This document shows positions 18,199-28,416 of a stretch of 64,000 bases of DNA, piece by piece; the stretch's first letter is position 1; each line of letters starts with the position of its first letter. Source of the DNA: a bacterium (lineage in GTDB: Bacteria > Patescibacteriota > Microgenomatia > Levybacterales > UBA12049); assembly GCA_021791545.1 (NCBI GenBank), contig JAJYWL010000016.1:155704-219703 (forward strand), given 5' to 3'. Below the pieces are notes generated by a model. It saw only the letters and a list, made by a program, of their open reading frames with translations, did not search any database and was not told the origin of the DNA. The translations under genes were made by a program, and so were the position numbers.

Positions 18199-19080
18199 AT
18201 GGCATCTGAAGATTATTACAAAGTACTTGGAGTTTCAAAAAGTGCAACCGCGGAAGAAATAAAAAAAGCTTACAGGAAGCTTGCTCTTCAATATCATCCT
18301 GACAGAAATAAAACAAAAGAAGCTGCAGACAAATTTAAAGAAGTAAATAGGGCATATGAGGTTTTATCCGATTCTCAGAAAAGACAAACCTATGATCAGT
18401 TTGGCGCCGCAGCATTCGAACAAGGTGGGATGGGAGGAGCAGGAGGTCCGTTCGGTGGAGGCTTTGGCGGATACCAGCAAGGACCTTTCACCTACACATA
18501 TTCTTCGCAAGGTGGAGGTTTTGATTTCGGAGGATTTTCAGATCCATTTGAGATTTTCGAACAGTTTTTTGGTGGAGGAAATCCTTTTGGAGGAAGAACT
18601 CAAAGAAGACCTGCATATTCTTTAGCTATTGATTTCAATGATGCGGTCCATGGTGCAACTAAAAAAGTAACAATAGAGGGAAAGCAAAAAACTATAAAAA
18701 TTCCTGCAGGAGTTGATGACGGTTCAAGAATAAGATTTGATACTTACGACATTATTATTGCAGTAAGACCCGACGGTAAATTTAGAAGAGAGGGTTATGA
18801 CATTGTTATAGAAAAAGAAATATCTTTTTCTCAAGCAGCTTTAGGGGATCAGATAGAAGTAGATACAATAGATGGTCCTGTAAAAATAAAAATACCTTCG
18901 GGAACACAGCCCGAAACATTGATAAGACTTAAAGGAAGAGGAGTTAAATATGTAAGAGGTTCAGGAAAAGGTGACGAATATGTAAGGATAAAAGTTACAG
19001 TTCCTAAAAACCTTACATCAAAACAAAAAGAACTTCTTAAAGAATTTGACTCTTCAAAGAAAAAATCCGGTTGGTTTTAA
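18199..19080 (+). CDS. DnaJ-like co-chaperone (J domain + G/F region + C-terminal domains; lacks Cys-rich zinc-finger, CbpA/type II-like)
   Basis: 293 aa with 'DYYKVLGV...[14 protein letters not shown]' (HPD motif), then a Gly/Phe-rich linker. There are no CxxCxGxG repeats. Confidence 0.8.
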   Translation: MASEDYYKVLGVSKSATAEEIKKAYRKLALQYHPDRNKTKEAADKFKEVNRAYEVLSDSQKRQTYDQFGAAAFEQGGMGGAGGPFGGGFGGYQQGPFTYTYSSQGGGFDFGGFSDPFEIFEQFFGGGNPFGGRTQRRPAYSLAIDFNDAVHGATKKVTIEGKQKTIKIPAGVDDGSRIRFDTYDIIIAVRPDGKFRREGYDIVIEKEISFSQAALGDQIEVDTIDGPVKIKIPSGTQPETLIRLKGRGVKYVRGSGKGDEYVRIKVTVPKNLTSKQKELLKEFDSSKKKSGWF

Positions 19081-19173
19081 CCTCTAAATTTGTTATTTTC
19101 CTGTAATTTAAATATCAAGCATTTTTGGTGATTTTTGAGTAGGATTTAATCATAATAAAGGGAGGTGAGTTAA

Positions 19174-19371
19174 ATGTCAGTTAATATAGCAGATATTTCT
19201 GAATTAATTACACAGGAAGAAAAACAAGCTGAGAAATACGAAGAGTTAATAAAGAAGGCTCAAAATCAGGATTTTAAAAAACAGCTTGAAGAATTGAGAG
19301 ACCTTTCTGTTAAAAAATTAAACTTGTTAGTAAAGATAGTAAAAGAAGGTCCTTGGGGAAATTGGGAATAA
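19174..19371 (+). CDS. small hypothetical coiled-coil protein
   Basis: 65 aa preceded by a strong SD (AAAGGGAGGTGAG, 6 nt before ATG). Its stop abuts the MFS gene start. Confidence 0.45.
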   Translation: MSVNIADISELITQEEKQAEKYEELIKKAQNQDFKKQLEELRDLSVKKLNLLVKIVKEGPWGNWE

Positions 19372-19372
19372 T

Positions 19373-20572
19373 ATGAAAGAAAAATTTCTTTTGAAGAATA
19401 AGGATTATTTAATTCTATTTTTTGGACAAACAGTTTCTAATTTTGGAAGTTCTGTTGATAGTCTTATTTATCCACTTTTGATATTGTTTTTAACTAACTC
19501 CCCTTTCATGGCAGGAGTAGGTTCATTAATAGTTGCCTTACCAACTTTTCTTTTTGGTCTTTTTGCAGGAGCTTGGATTGATAGGACTAACAGAAAAAAA
19601 GTAATGATTTTTTCCGATTTAGGAAGATTTGTGACAACAGGAGCTATTCCTGTTTTTGCTTTCTTGGGTATCTTAAATATTTATACACTTTTACTTTTTG
19701 CATTTCTTGAAGTTTCCTTTGGTACCTTTTTCTCTATTGCCGAAACACCAGCTCTTTTAAAAATTGTAGGTAAGGAAAAATTGACTGTAGCAATGGCACA
19801 GAATGAAACTAGCAATAATATAGTAGGTCTCGTTGGACCCTCAGTTGGAGGTTTTATTTATCAAGGTTTGGGAAAAACAATTCCTTTTATGGTGGATTCA
19901 ATATCTTATCTTGTTTCGGTAATTTCTCTTCTTTTTGTTAAGACAGAGTTCCAGGAAGAGAGATTGGAGCAGACTAATTCAATTAAGGAGCAAATTTTTG
20001 AGGGTTTTATTTGGATCTATAGAAAAAGAATAATATTTGTTACGTCTTTGTTAGTAGTAGGAGGAGCATTTGTAGGTGGGGGAGCAAATCTTGCAATAAT
20101 TTTAATAGCAAAAAGTTTGGGAGCAACTGCAGGAGAAATAGGTTTGATATTTTCGGTAGGTACAATAGGTATTATCTTGGGATCATTAATAACTAATGAG
20201 ATAACCAATAGATTAACGGTTATAAAAGTAATAATTCTTGCCCGATGGATAATGGTTTTGGCAATGCCCTTATTTATAATTGCTTCAAACGTTGGGATTG
20301 TTGGGATAATTACCGCATTATATTTTTTTACAGGACCTTTATATGGGATTCCTCTTTCAAGCTTAAGGGTTTCTCTTACTCCCGATGAGCTTCAGGGAAG
20401 AGTTTCGAGTGTCTATAGATTGGTAACAGTTGGATCTTTTTCGACAGGTGCTTTTATTTCAGGCTTTCTTCTTCAGTATTTGGGAATAAAACCTACAATT
20501 ATTGTTTTTTCTTTAATACTTTTCATTCTTGCCGTTATTGCAACATTTTATCTAAAAGAGGAGGAGATATAA
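19373..20572 (+). CDS. MFS transporter
   Basis: 399 aa with ~12 TM helices. 'GAWIDRTNRKKVM' is a typical MFS loop 2-3 motif. Confidence 0.75.
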   Translation: MKEKFLLKNKDYLILFFGQTVSNFGSSVDSLIYPLLILFLTNSPFMAGVGSLIVALPTFLFGLFAGAWIDRTNRKKVMIFSDLGRFVTTGAIPVFAFLGILNIYTLLLFAFLEVSFGTFFSIAETPALLKIVGKEKLTVAMAQNETSNNIVGLVGPSVGGFIYQGLGKTIPFMVDSISYLVSVISLLFVKTEFQEERLEQTNSIKEQIFEGFIWIYRKRIIFVTSLLVVGGAFVGGGANLAIILIAKSLGATAGEIGLIFSVGTIGIILGSLITNEITNRLTVIKVIILARWIMVLAMPLFIIASNVGIVGIITALYFFTGPLYGIPLSSLRVSLTPDELQGRVSSVYRLVTVGSFSTGAFISGFLLQYLGIKPTIIVFSLILFILAVIATFYLKEEEI

Positions 20573-20579
20573 TAAAGAT

Positions 20580-20918
20580 ATGGAAGATGAGGAAAAAGAA
20601 CAAAATTTAGGCGGAAAACCACAGACTACATTAACAAAGCTTACTTTGGAGAAAGCTGTGGAGCTTGGAGAATATGATCCTAAGTTTCTGGCAAATTTCC
20701 CTGAATGGCATACATTTAGCAGACATGTACAGTTTGAATATATAAGAAGAGCTCTAGATAACAGGCGAAAACAGCTTTTGACACATTGGGCAGAATTAAA
20801 TAACGTTTTGGATTTTAGAAATAAGCCTGAAGTCTGGGAGGCGCTAAAAAATGTAGAGAAACAGATGCATAATCTTCTCGGAGAAAAAGAAAGACTTTTT
20901 TCCGAATATTCCAAATAG
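20580..20918 (+). CDS. hypothetical protein upstream of nusA
   Basis: 112 aa, co-oriented with nusA. The overlapping antisense ORF at 20552-20986 is Cys/Ser/Phe-rich and judged spurious. Confidence 0.45.
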   Translation: MEDEEKEQNLGGKPQTTLTKLTLEKAVELGEYDPKFLANFPEWHTFSRHVQFEYIRRALDNRRKQLLTHWAELNNVLDFRNKPEVWEALKNVEKQMHNLLGEKERLFSEYSK

Positions 20919-20971
20919 TACTCCTGACGGTTGAAGCCTGAATTCAAAAATGGTATACTTATACCCAACTT

Positions 20972-22186
20972 ATGCCAGCGATACAAAGAAGTGAATTTGC
21001 ACTAGCATTAAATCAGGTCTCTAATGAAAGAGGCATCGACCCGGAAGTGGTTTTGGAAACTGTAAGAAACGCTATCCTTGCAGCTTATAGAAAAGACCAT
21101 CCCGGAGTTGAAGTAGAAGACTACACAGCAGAGCTTGACCCAAATACGGGTGAAGCAAAAATAATTCATGCAGGCGAAGACGTAACTCCTCCGGGTTTTG
21201 GAAGAATAGCAGCACAAACAGCAAAACAGGTAATTCTTCAGAAAATCAGAGAGAAAGAAAAAGAAGCAGTACTTTCCGACTTTAGAATTAGAATGGGACA
21301 GATTGCAAACGGAATGGTATTAAGATTTGCAGGACCTAATGTAATTGTTGATGTCGGAAAGACAGAAGCAATAATGCCCCCTTCCGAACAAATCCAAAAT
21401 GAAAGATATCATTTAAATCAAAGATTGGTAGTTTACCTTTCGCAAATACAAGAAGGTCCTAAAGGAGAGGAAGTAATTGTTTCAAGATCTTCGACAGGAC
21501 TTTTGGAAGGACTATTTAAAAGAGAAGTTCCGGAAGTAGCCCAAGGTGCAGTAGAAATTAAAACAATCGTAAGAGAAGCAGGAAATAGAAGTAAAGTCGC
21601 AGTATATTCTTCTCAGGCAGGAATTGATCCTGTCGGAAGCTGTGTCGGACAAAAGGGAGTAAGAGTTCAGGCAATAATTCAGGAATTCTCCGGAATGGAA
21701 AAAATAGATATTATCCAGTGGCAGGAAAATCCAAAAAATTATATCGCAGCAGCACTTTCTCCTGCAAAAGATTTAAGAGTTGAAATAGACGAAGACGAAA
21801 AAATTGCACATGTTTTTGTCGCAGCAGAAGAACTCTCTTTGGCAATAGGAAAAGACGGACAAAACGTAAGGCTTGCATCCAAACTTACAGGATATAGAAT
21901 CGAAATAGAAGAAAAAGAGGGAGAGGCAAAACCCGCAGAAAAAAAGACAAAAGAAGAACCAAAAGAAGAAGTTAAGGCAGCAGTAGCAGAGGAAGGAAAA
22001 GTAGAAGTTCAGACAAAAACAGTAGAACCTCAGGGAGACGAAGCGACAGTTGAGACAACAGAAGATACTGTCGAAACAACAGATGAAGCAGTAGAAACAC
22101 CGGAAGAGACAGTTGAAACGCCTGAAACAGAAGTTCAGACACCTGAAGAAGACAAGCAGGAGCCCGAAAATCAGGATGAAAAGTAA
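20972..22186 (+). CDS. nusA: Transcription termination/antitermination factor NusA with acidic repetitive C-terminal tail
   Basis: 404 aa. 'ALNQVSNERGIDPEVVLETVRNAILAAYRK' is the NusA N-terminus, with S1 and KH domains. The C-terminal VETTEDTVETTDEAVETPEE tail is low complexity. Confidence 0.9.
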   Translation: MPAIQRSEFALALNQVSNERGIDPEVVLETVRNAILAAYRKDHPGVEVEDYTAELDPNTGEAKIIHAGEDVTPPGFGRIAAQTAKQVILQKIREKEKEAVLSDFRIRMGQIANGMVLRFAGPNVIVDVGKTEAIMPPSEQIQNERYHLNQRLVVYLSQIQEGPKGEEVIVSRSSTGLLEGLFKREVPEVAQGAVEIKTIVREAGNRSKVAVYSSQAGIDPVGSCVGQKGVRVQAIIQEFSGMEKIDIIQWQENPKNYIAAALSPAKDLRVEIDEDEKIAHVFVAAEELSLAIGKDGQNVRLASKLTGYRIEIEEKEGEAKPAEKKTKEEPKEEVKAAVAEEGKVEVQTKTVEPQGDEATVETTEDTVETTDEAVETPEETVETPETEVQTPEEDKQEPENQDEK

Positions 22187-22219
22187 TATGAGAAGGTTTG
22201 ACTTGTCAAAAAATTTAGT

Positions 22220-23668
22220 ATGGCAGAACAGAGAAACGATAATAAGATTTATCCTCCAGTAGTAGCCGTTTTAGGTCATGTTGACCATGGCAAAACCACA
22301 CTCCTAGACGCAATCAGAAAAACAAATATAGCCCAAAGAGAGCATGGCGGAATAACTCAAAAAATTGGAGCATCCGAAATAGAAGTAATGCATGAAAATG
22401 CAAAAAGAATGCTTACTTTTATAGACACTCCCGGTCATGAAGCTTTTTCCCAGATGAGAGGAAGAGGAGCTCAGGCAGCAGACATAGGACTTTTGATAAT
22501 ATCTTCTGTCGACGGAGTAATGCCTCAGACAAGAGAAAGTATAAAACTTCTTAAAGCTTCAAAAGTTCCCTTTATTGTGGTATTCACAAAATCCGATTCA
22601 CCTGAGAAAAATATTGAAAAAGCAAAACAGCAGCTTCTAAAAGAAGAAGTAATGCTTGAGGCCTATGGAGGAGATGTTCCATCAATAGAGGTATCAGCAA
22701 AAACAGGCTCAAACGTAAAAGAATTATTAGACCTTATTCTCCTTGTTTTTGACGTATATAGAGAATCGGGTGAGTATAAATATTCAGAAGAAGCAAATTT
22801 GGAGGCAATAGTAATAGAATCAAGGCTTGATCCAAGATCCGGACCAAGAGCTTCGGTAATAATTAAAAACGGAGTATTAAGCGTAAAAGATGAGATTATT
22901 GCAGAAAATTCCAAAGGTAAAGTAAAAAGTCTCATTTCATCTCTTGGAAAAACTGTTCAAAGCGCAACCGTTGGAGACGCAGTTGAAATTTTGGGATTTG
23001 AAACGGTGCCTCCTGTAGGAAGCGTTGTATTAAGAAAAGATCAGGCAAAAATTGTAGCTAAGGAAGAAGAGGCTAAGGTGAAAGAGCAAAGAGAAGGAGA
23101 AGAAAATTTCCTTTCTATAATCCTTGTTGCAGATACTCAAGGATCTTTGGAGGCAATAATGGCGTCATTACCGGAAAGTATAAATCTCGTCCTTACAAAA
23201 ACGGGAGATATTGAAGCATCAGACGTATTCTTTGCAAAATCTGTCGGTGCTATAGTTTTGGGTTTTAACGTAAAAATAAGGCCTGAGATAGTAAAGCTTG
23301 CAAGAACAGAGAAAATAATTCTTAAAAACTACACAATAATCTATGAAATGATCGACGAAATAAATGATTTCGTTCAGGGAAAACTTGAATCCTTGCAGGA
23401 AGAAATATTAGGAATCGCAAAAGTATTGGCAAGATTTCCTTTTGAAAAGACTGAGGTTCTGGGAATAGGAGTCCAGGAAGGAAGAGTTGCAAAGGGAGAT
23501 AAGGTAAGACTCGTAAGGGGAGAAGAGGTAATAGGTGAAAGTTATATCAATTCAGTAAGACGCGGAAAAGATACGGTTTCAAAAATTGAAGCCGGTGACC
23601 AGGGTGGAGTAATCATAGCCCCTTTCCTTGACTTTACTATAGGAGATATGTTAATATCGCACGGCTAA
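22220..23668 (+). CDS. infB: Translation initiation factor IF-2 (short form lacking N-terminal domains)
   Basis: 482 aa beginning at the G domain, '[17 protein letters not shown]...DTPGHEAF', followed by domain II and C-terminal domains. Confidence 0.9.
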   Translation: MAEQRNDNKIYPPVVAVLGHVDHGKTTLLDAIRKTNIAQREHGGITQKIGASEIEVMHENAKRMLTFIDTPGHEAFSQMRGRGAQAADIGLLIISSVDGVMPQTRESIKLLKASKVPFIVVFTKSDSPEKNIEKAKQQLLKEEVMLEAYGGDVPSIEVSAKTGSNVKELLDLILLVFDVYRESGEYKYSEEANLEAIVIESRLDPRSGPRASVIIKNGVLSVKDEIIAENSKGKVKSLISSLGKTVQSATVGDAVEILGFETVPPVGSVVLRKDQAKIVAKEEEAKVKEQREGEENFLSIILVADTQGSLEAIMASLPESINLVLTKTGDIEASDVFFAKSVGAIVLGFNVKIRPEIVKLARTEKIILKNYTIIYEMIDEINDFVQGKLESLQEEILGIAKVLARFPFEKTEVLGIGVQEGRVAKGDKVRLVRGEEVIGESYINSVRRGKDTVSKIEAGDQGGVIIAPFLDFTIGDMLISHG

Positions 23669-23698
23669 CCCGACTTGCCCCCAGGTTAGGAGAAATTT

Positions 23699-24652
23699 AT
23701 GGAAAATCTAACCTTTAAACAGATTAAAGAAGCCATTGAGAAAAGCAAAAATATAGGAATTGTAACTCCCGAAGATCCCTCCTTGGATAAAATGGCCGCA
23801 GCACTGGCTTTATACCTTTCTATCTCCCAAGGAGATAAAAGTGTAAGAATTGCTACTCCTAAAAATCCGTTAGTTGAGGTTTCTTCTTTAGTTGGAATTG
23901 ATAAAGTTAAAACAGATTTGGCATCAAGCGAAGGAGACCTAATCGTTTCTTTTCCATATAAAGAAGGAGAAATAGAAAAGGTTTCATATACTTTAGACGA
24001 TGATTTGTTAAACATCGTCGTTAAGGCAGGAGAAAACGGTTTAAACTTTGAAGAAAAAGATGTCAGGTTTACTAGAGGACAAAAAGCTCCTGAACTCTTG
24101 TTCATAATTGGAGCAGCAAGAGTTTCAGAACTCGGAAAACTATTTGATCCTCAAGCCTTAAAAGATACGACAGTAGTAAATATAGATAATCAGCCTGATA
24201 ACCAGGGATATGGAGACCTAATTATGGTTTCAAGTAAATTCTCTTCGGTTTCTGAGGCTATAGCAAACTTGATAGTTTCATTGGGACTTAAGATGGATAT
24301 TGATATAGCACAAAACCTTATGATGGGAATTTCCGACGGAACCGAAAACTTCCAAAATCCAAAGACAACTCCTTTGGCATTTGAAATGGCAGGAATCTTA
24401 ATGAGACAAGGAGCAGTAAGAAGCGGAAAGAAACAGGAACCAAGATCAAGAGATTTGGAAAGTCTTATACAAAGACAACCTCAAGTCGAAGAACCGCAGC
24501 AAGAAGAACCTCAGGTAAGACAAGAACCTGATGTTATGCAAGCTCCTCAAAAACAGGAAGAAGAAAAACAGCAAGTAGAAGAACAGGGAGATAATCCTCC
24601 AGATGACTGGCTTGCTCCGAAGATATATAAGGGTTCCACAGACTTCGAATAA
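23699..24652 (+). CDS. NrnA-like DHH-family protein with degenerate catalytic motifs and acidic/Gln-rich tail (probable pseudo-enzyme)
   Basis: 317 aa. 'IGIVTPEDPSLDKMAAALAL' aligns with the NrnA HRHxxPDPDA region, but the histidines are absent. 'DNQPDNQGYGDLIMVSSKFSSVSEAIANL' aligns with NrnA 'DHHPNEDPYGDLLWVDTSASSVSEMIYEL', with DHH replaced by DNQ. There is no DHHA1/GGGH domain, and the C-terminus is a low-complexity QEEP tail. Confidence 0.55.
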   Translation: MENLTFKQIKEAIEKSKNIGIVTPEDPSLDKMAAALALYLSISQGDKSVRIATPKNPLVEVSSLVGIDKVKTDLASSEGDLIVSFPYKEGEIEKVSYTLDDDLLNIVVKAGENGLNFEEKDVRFTRGQKAPELLFIIGAARVSELGKLFDPQALKDTTVVNIDNQPDNQGYGDLIMVSSKFSSVSEAIANLIVSLGLKMDIDIAQNLMMGISDGTENFQNPKTTPLAFEMAGILMRQGAVRSGKKQEPRSRDLESLIQRQPQVEEPQQEEPQVRQEPDVMQAPQKQEEEKQQVEEQGDNPPDDWLAPKIYKGSTDFE

Positions 24653-24669
24653 CTATTCTTTCTAGACCA

Positions 24670-24698
24670 TTGATATATTTATTTGAAACTGGTATAAT
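24670..24698 (+). promoter_or_regulatory. sigma70-type promoter TTGATA-17-TGgTATAAT (extended -10) upstream of rpsO
   Basis: TTGATA at 24670-24675, a 17-nt spacer ending in TG, and TATAAT at 24693-24698. Confidence 0.5.
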
Positions 24699-24743
24699 AC
24701 TCTGAGTTAAAATTTAGAAATAAGGAAAAATTGAATATAAATT

Positions 24744-25013
24744 ATGCCACTTAGCACTTCACAGAAACAAGACATAATTAAAGAATTTCAGACAGCAAAA
24801 GGCGATACCGGTAGCCCGGAGGTTCAGGTTGCATTGCTTACAACAAGAATACAAAAACTTACCGAGCATCTTAAGGGACACGCCCATGATGTCCATTCAA
24901 GAAGAGGTCTTCTTTCAATGATTGCAAAAAGAAGAAGACTCATCAATTTTTTGGAAAAAGTGGATAAGAAAAGATCCTCTGAGATAACGAAAAAGATAGG
25001 ATTAAAAGATTAA
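24744..25013 (+). CDS. rpsO: 30S ribosomal protein S15
   Basis: 89 aa with 'GDTGSPEVQVALLTTRIQKLTEHLKGHAHDVHSRRGLLSMIAKRRRLINFL'. Confidence 0.92.
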   Translation: MPLSTSQKQDIIKEFQTAKGDTGSPEVQVALLTTRIQKLTEHLKGHAHDVHSRRGLLSMIAKRRRLINFLEKVDKKRSSEITKKIGLKD

Positions 25014-25018
25014 ATTAA

Positions 25019-27268
25019 ATGAAACAAACCTCAGTTAGTACAGATTTTGCAGGTAAGAAATTAACCTTCGAAACCGGAGAACTTGCAGTACAGGCAACTT
25101 CTTCAGTTTTAGCAAGAATAGGCGATACAGTCGTTTTGGTTACTGTCGTGGAAGGCGGCAAGACCGAACTTGATTACTTCCCTCTTTCGGTTGAATATGG
25201 AGAAAGACTTTATGCAGGAGGAAAAATCAAAGGTTCAAGATGGGTTAAAAGAGAAGGAAGACCATCGGACGAAGCAATTCTCGCAGGAAGATTGATAGAT
25301 AGGTCAATAAGACCTTTATTCCCCAAGACATTCAAAAATGAAGTTCAGGTAATAGTAACAGTTCTTTCTGTAGACGGAGAAAATGAGCCCGATATCTTGG
25401 CACTCAATGCAGTTTCCGCAGCACTGGCTATTTCAAGAATCCCATGGAACGGACCAATAGGTGCAATAAGAATGGGTCATGTAAAAGAAAACGGAAGTGC
25501 AGAAGAATATCTTTTTAACCCCACAACAACAGAAGCACAACTTTCAGACTTAGACTTAGTAGTCTCCCAGACAAAAGATAAAACAGACATGATAGAAGCA
25601 GGAGCCTTGCAGGTTTCTGAAGACGTAATGGCAACCGCAGTAGAAAAAGCGCACACAGAAACACAAAAAGTCATTGCTCTTATTGAAGACTTTGTTAAGC
25701 AAGCAGGTCAGCAAAAATTGGAAACTTCGGAAGATCCTGCAGTTCATAGCGCAGTAGCATTAATAGAAAAATCATATAAAGAAGAAGTTAAGACTTTACT
25801 CGAGGGAAGAGTAAATAAAGAATCGGGCGGAGACGATACGGCAGAATTGGTAAATAAAATCTATGAAGATTTCAAAGTAGGAAATCCAGGAAGCGAACTT
25901 GATAAGAAAGTAATTATCCAGGCAATAGATAAAGTAATGTATAAGATGATAAGGTCCAATGTTTTGGATAAGAAACAAAGACCTGACGGAAGAAAGGTTG
26001 ATGAAATAAGACCAATCACGGCAAAAGTAGGAATCCTTCCAAGAACACACGGTTCGGCTTTATTCCAAAGAGGAATAACACAAGCTCTTTCAATCGTAAC
26101 TTTGGGTTCTCCAAGAATGGAACTTTTGATTGAATCCGCAGAAGGAGAAGAGACAAAAAGATATATCCATCATTATTCAGGACTTCCATATTCTTTCGGA
26201 CAAACAGGAAGAGTGGGAACACCTTCAAGAAGAGAAATAGGACATGGTGCACTTGCCGAAAGAGCACTTATGGCAGTAATACCAAGTCAGGAAGAATTCC
26301 CTTACACGATAAGAGTCGTATCCGAAGTTCTTTCGCAAAACGGATCTTCGTCAATGGCATCAACTTGCGGTTCAACACTCGCATTAATGGATGCTGGTGT
26401 ACCAATTAAAAAACCTGTTGCAGGAATTTCTGTAGGAATGATGTCGGATGAAACAAAATATGAACTTCTTACAGACATAATCGGTCTTGAGGATTTCTCC
26501 GGAGATATGGATTTCAAGGTTGCAGGAACAGACACGGGAATAACAGCAATACAGCTTGACGTTAAAATCCCGGGACTTACAGACGAACAGGTAAAGGCAA
26601 TCTTACAAAGAGCAAAAGAAGCAAGACTTCAGATATTGGAGAAAATGCTTTCGGTAATGCCTGAATCCAGGGCAAAACTTTCTCAGTATGCACCAAAGAT
26701 TGAAATGGTCAAAATCCCTACGGATAAAATAGGTGAACTTATCGGACCCGGCGGAAAGACAATAAAAAACATTATTGCAACAACAGGAGCAACTGTTGAT
26801 GTAGAGGATGACGGATCTGTAGCAATTTCGGGAACAGAAGACGAGGCAGTACAAAAAGCACTTGATTGGGTAAAAAGCTTAACAAGAGAAGTAACAGTCG
26901 GCGAATCTTTCGAAGGAGAAGTTAAAAGAATTCTTCCATTCGGAGCATTCGTAGAATTCCTTCCAGGAAAAGAAGGAATGGTCCACGTTTCAAAAATGTC
27001 CAAAGAATTCGTCAAAGATCCAAATGATGTCGTTCAGATAGGACAAAAAGTAAACGTAAGAGTAGTAGAGATAGACGAACAGGGAAGAATAAATCTTTCT
27101 ATGTTAAGTGAAGAGGATGAAAAAGAAGGAAGAGCGCAAAGAAGAGAAGAAGGTCAGCAACCAAGAAGAGACCACCCATTATCAATGCAATTAAGAAGAG
27201 AAAGAGGAAATGACAGAAACGATTGGAGAGGCGGAAATAAGCCTCCCTTCAAGAGAAACCGCTATTAA
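25019..27268 (+). CDS. pnp: Polynucleotide phosphorylase (PNPase)
   Basis: 749 aa with two RNase PH domains, KH and S1 domains, and an Arg-rich C-terminal tail. Confidence 0.93.
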   Translation: MKQTSVSTDFAGKKLTFETGELAVQATSSVLARIGDTVVLVTVVEGGKTELDYFPLSVEYGERLYAGGKIKGSRWVKREGRPSDEAILAGRLIDRSIRPLFPKTFKNEVQVIVTVLSVDGENEPDILALNAVSAALAISRIPWNGPIGAIRMGHVKENGSAEEYLFNPTTTEAQLSDLDLVVSQTKDKTDMIEAGALQVSEDVMATAVEKAHTETQKVIALIEDFVKQAGQQKLETSEDPAVHSAVALIEKSYKEEVKTLLEGRVNKESGGDDTAELVNKIYEDFKVGNPGSELDKKVIIQAIDKVMYKMIRSNVLDKKQRPDGRKVDEIRPITAKVGILPRTHGSALFQRGITQALSIVTLGSPRMELLIESAEGEETKRYIHHYSGLPYSFGQTGRVGTPSRREIGHGALAERALMAVIPSQEEFPYTIRVVSEVLSQNGSSSMASTCGSTLALMDAGVPIKKPVAGISVGMMSDETKYELLTDIIGLEDFSGDMDFKVAGTDTGITAIQLDVKIPGLTDEQVKAILQRAKEARLQILEKMLSVMPESRAKLSQYAPKIEMVKIPTDKIGELIGPGGKTIKNIIATTGATVDVEDDGSVAISGTEDEAVQKALDWVKSLTREVTVGESFEGEVKRILPFGAFVEFLPGKEGMVHVSKMSKEFVKDPNDVVQIGQKVNVRVVEIDEQGRINLSMLSEEDEKEGRAQRREEGQQPRRDHPLSMQLRRERGNDRNDWRGGNKPPFKRNRY

Positions 27269-27348
27269 ATTCAACCGAAGATCCAATAGGATATCTTCTT
27301 TTTGTAACTTAACAATCTTAATAGTAGAAAATTTGGTATTATAAATGT

Positions 27349-28416
27349 ATGGATTCTAATCTGCCCATGGATGCGCAAATCCAAAAACTAAGTGAAAAAA
27401 TAAAAACAGCTCAGCTTCCAATAGATTTGGCGGAAAAAGTAAATGACATGCTTTTACTTCTTCAGACAAGCTTAAAATCCGGAGCAGGAACTTTTACAGA
27501 TTATGAGAACATCTCAAATTATATAAATCTTATTACTTCACTTCCTTTTAACACCGAAACTTCGGATTCTCTGGATCTAAATAATGTAAAAATGACTTTG
27601 GATAAAAACCACTATGGTTTAAATACCGTGAAGAATGAAATTTTGGAATATCTTTCTTCACTTATTCTTAATCTAAATAAAAATAAAGATAATTCAATGG
27701 TAAAAGCACCAATACTTTGTCTTGTAGGTCTGGTCGGAACAGGAAAAACAACTCTTGCTTCTTCTGTTGCCGAAGCACTCGGAAGAAAGTATGAGAGGAT
27801 TCCTTTTGGAGGAATGGGAGACTCCTTAACCTTAAGAGGACAATCAAGAGCCTATCCCGATGCAGAGCCGGGAGAAATAATAAAGAAATTATTACATGCT
27901 AAAAGTAAAAATCCGGTAATCTTACTTGATGAACTGGATAGAGTAGATGATAAAGCAAGGGCAGATATAATGGGTGTTTTGGTAGAGCTTTTGGATAGCG
28001 AACAGAATAAAGGTTTTACCGATCATTATGTTGATTATCCTTTTGATTTATCTCATGTTTTGTTTATTGCTACGGCAAATAACACGACAAATATTTCTAC
28101 TGCAGTATTAGATAGGCTTGAGATTATACAGATGCCTTCGTATACGGACGAGGAGAAGAAGATAATTGCCAAAGATTACCTTTTCCCCAAGATTCTTAAA
28201 GATTCGGGTCTTAACCCGGGACAGGTTGTAATAGATGAAAATCTATGGCCTAATATTATTAGACCTTTAGGTTATGATTCAGGAACGAGAAGTCTTGAAA
28301 GAACAATTGAGGGAATTTGTAGAAGAGTTGCCCGAATGGCGGTTGAGGGAAAAATTCAACAAAACGGGGTAGTTGCAATAAACGCCCAAAATATAAGAGA
28401 ATTTATATCAGTATGA
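27349..28416 (+). CDS. Lon-like AAA+ ATPase module without N-terminal substrate domain or S16 protease domain
   Basis: 355 aa. 'HYGLNTVKNEILEYL', Walker A 'CLVGLVGTGKTTLA', Walker B 'ILLDELD' and sensor 'TRSLERTIEGICRR' align with E. coli Lon residues ~300-590 (recalled from memory). The ORF ends at the AAA+ lid and overlaps the RNase J start by 4 bp. Confidence 0.7.
   Translation: MDSNLPMDAQIQKLSEKIKTAQLPIDLAEKVNDMLLLLQTSLKSGAGTFTDYENISNYINLITSLPFNTETSDSLDLNNVKMTLDKNHYGLNTVKNEILEYLSSLILNLNKNKDNSMVKAPILCLVGLVGTGKTTLASSVAEALGRKYERIPFGGMGDSLTLRGQSRAYPDAEPGEIIKKLLHAKSKNPVILLDELDRVDDKARADIMGVLVELLDSEQNKGFTDHYVDYPFDLSHVLFIATANNTTNISTAVLDRLEIIQMPSYTDEEKKIIAKDYLFPKILKDSGLNPGQVVIDENLWPNIIRPLGYDSGTRSLERTIEGICRRVARMAVEGKIQQNGVVAINAQNIREFISV

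Noticed and set aside
20552-20986. Minus-strand 144-aa ORF overlapping the 112-aa plus-strand ORF upstream of nusA
   Set aside because: Its Cys/Ser/Phe-rich composition is typical of the antisense frame of an AT-rich gene. The plus-strand ORF is co-oriented with the nusA operon.
27269-27348. Weak hairpin (GAAGAT...ATCTTC) plus T5 after pnp as a terminator
   Set aside because: The stem is AT-rich and only 6 bp with a 10-nt loop, which is not convincing enough to list as a feature.
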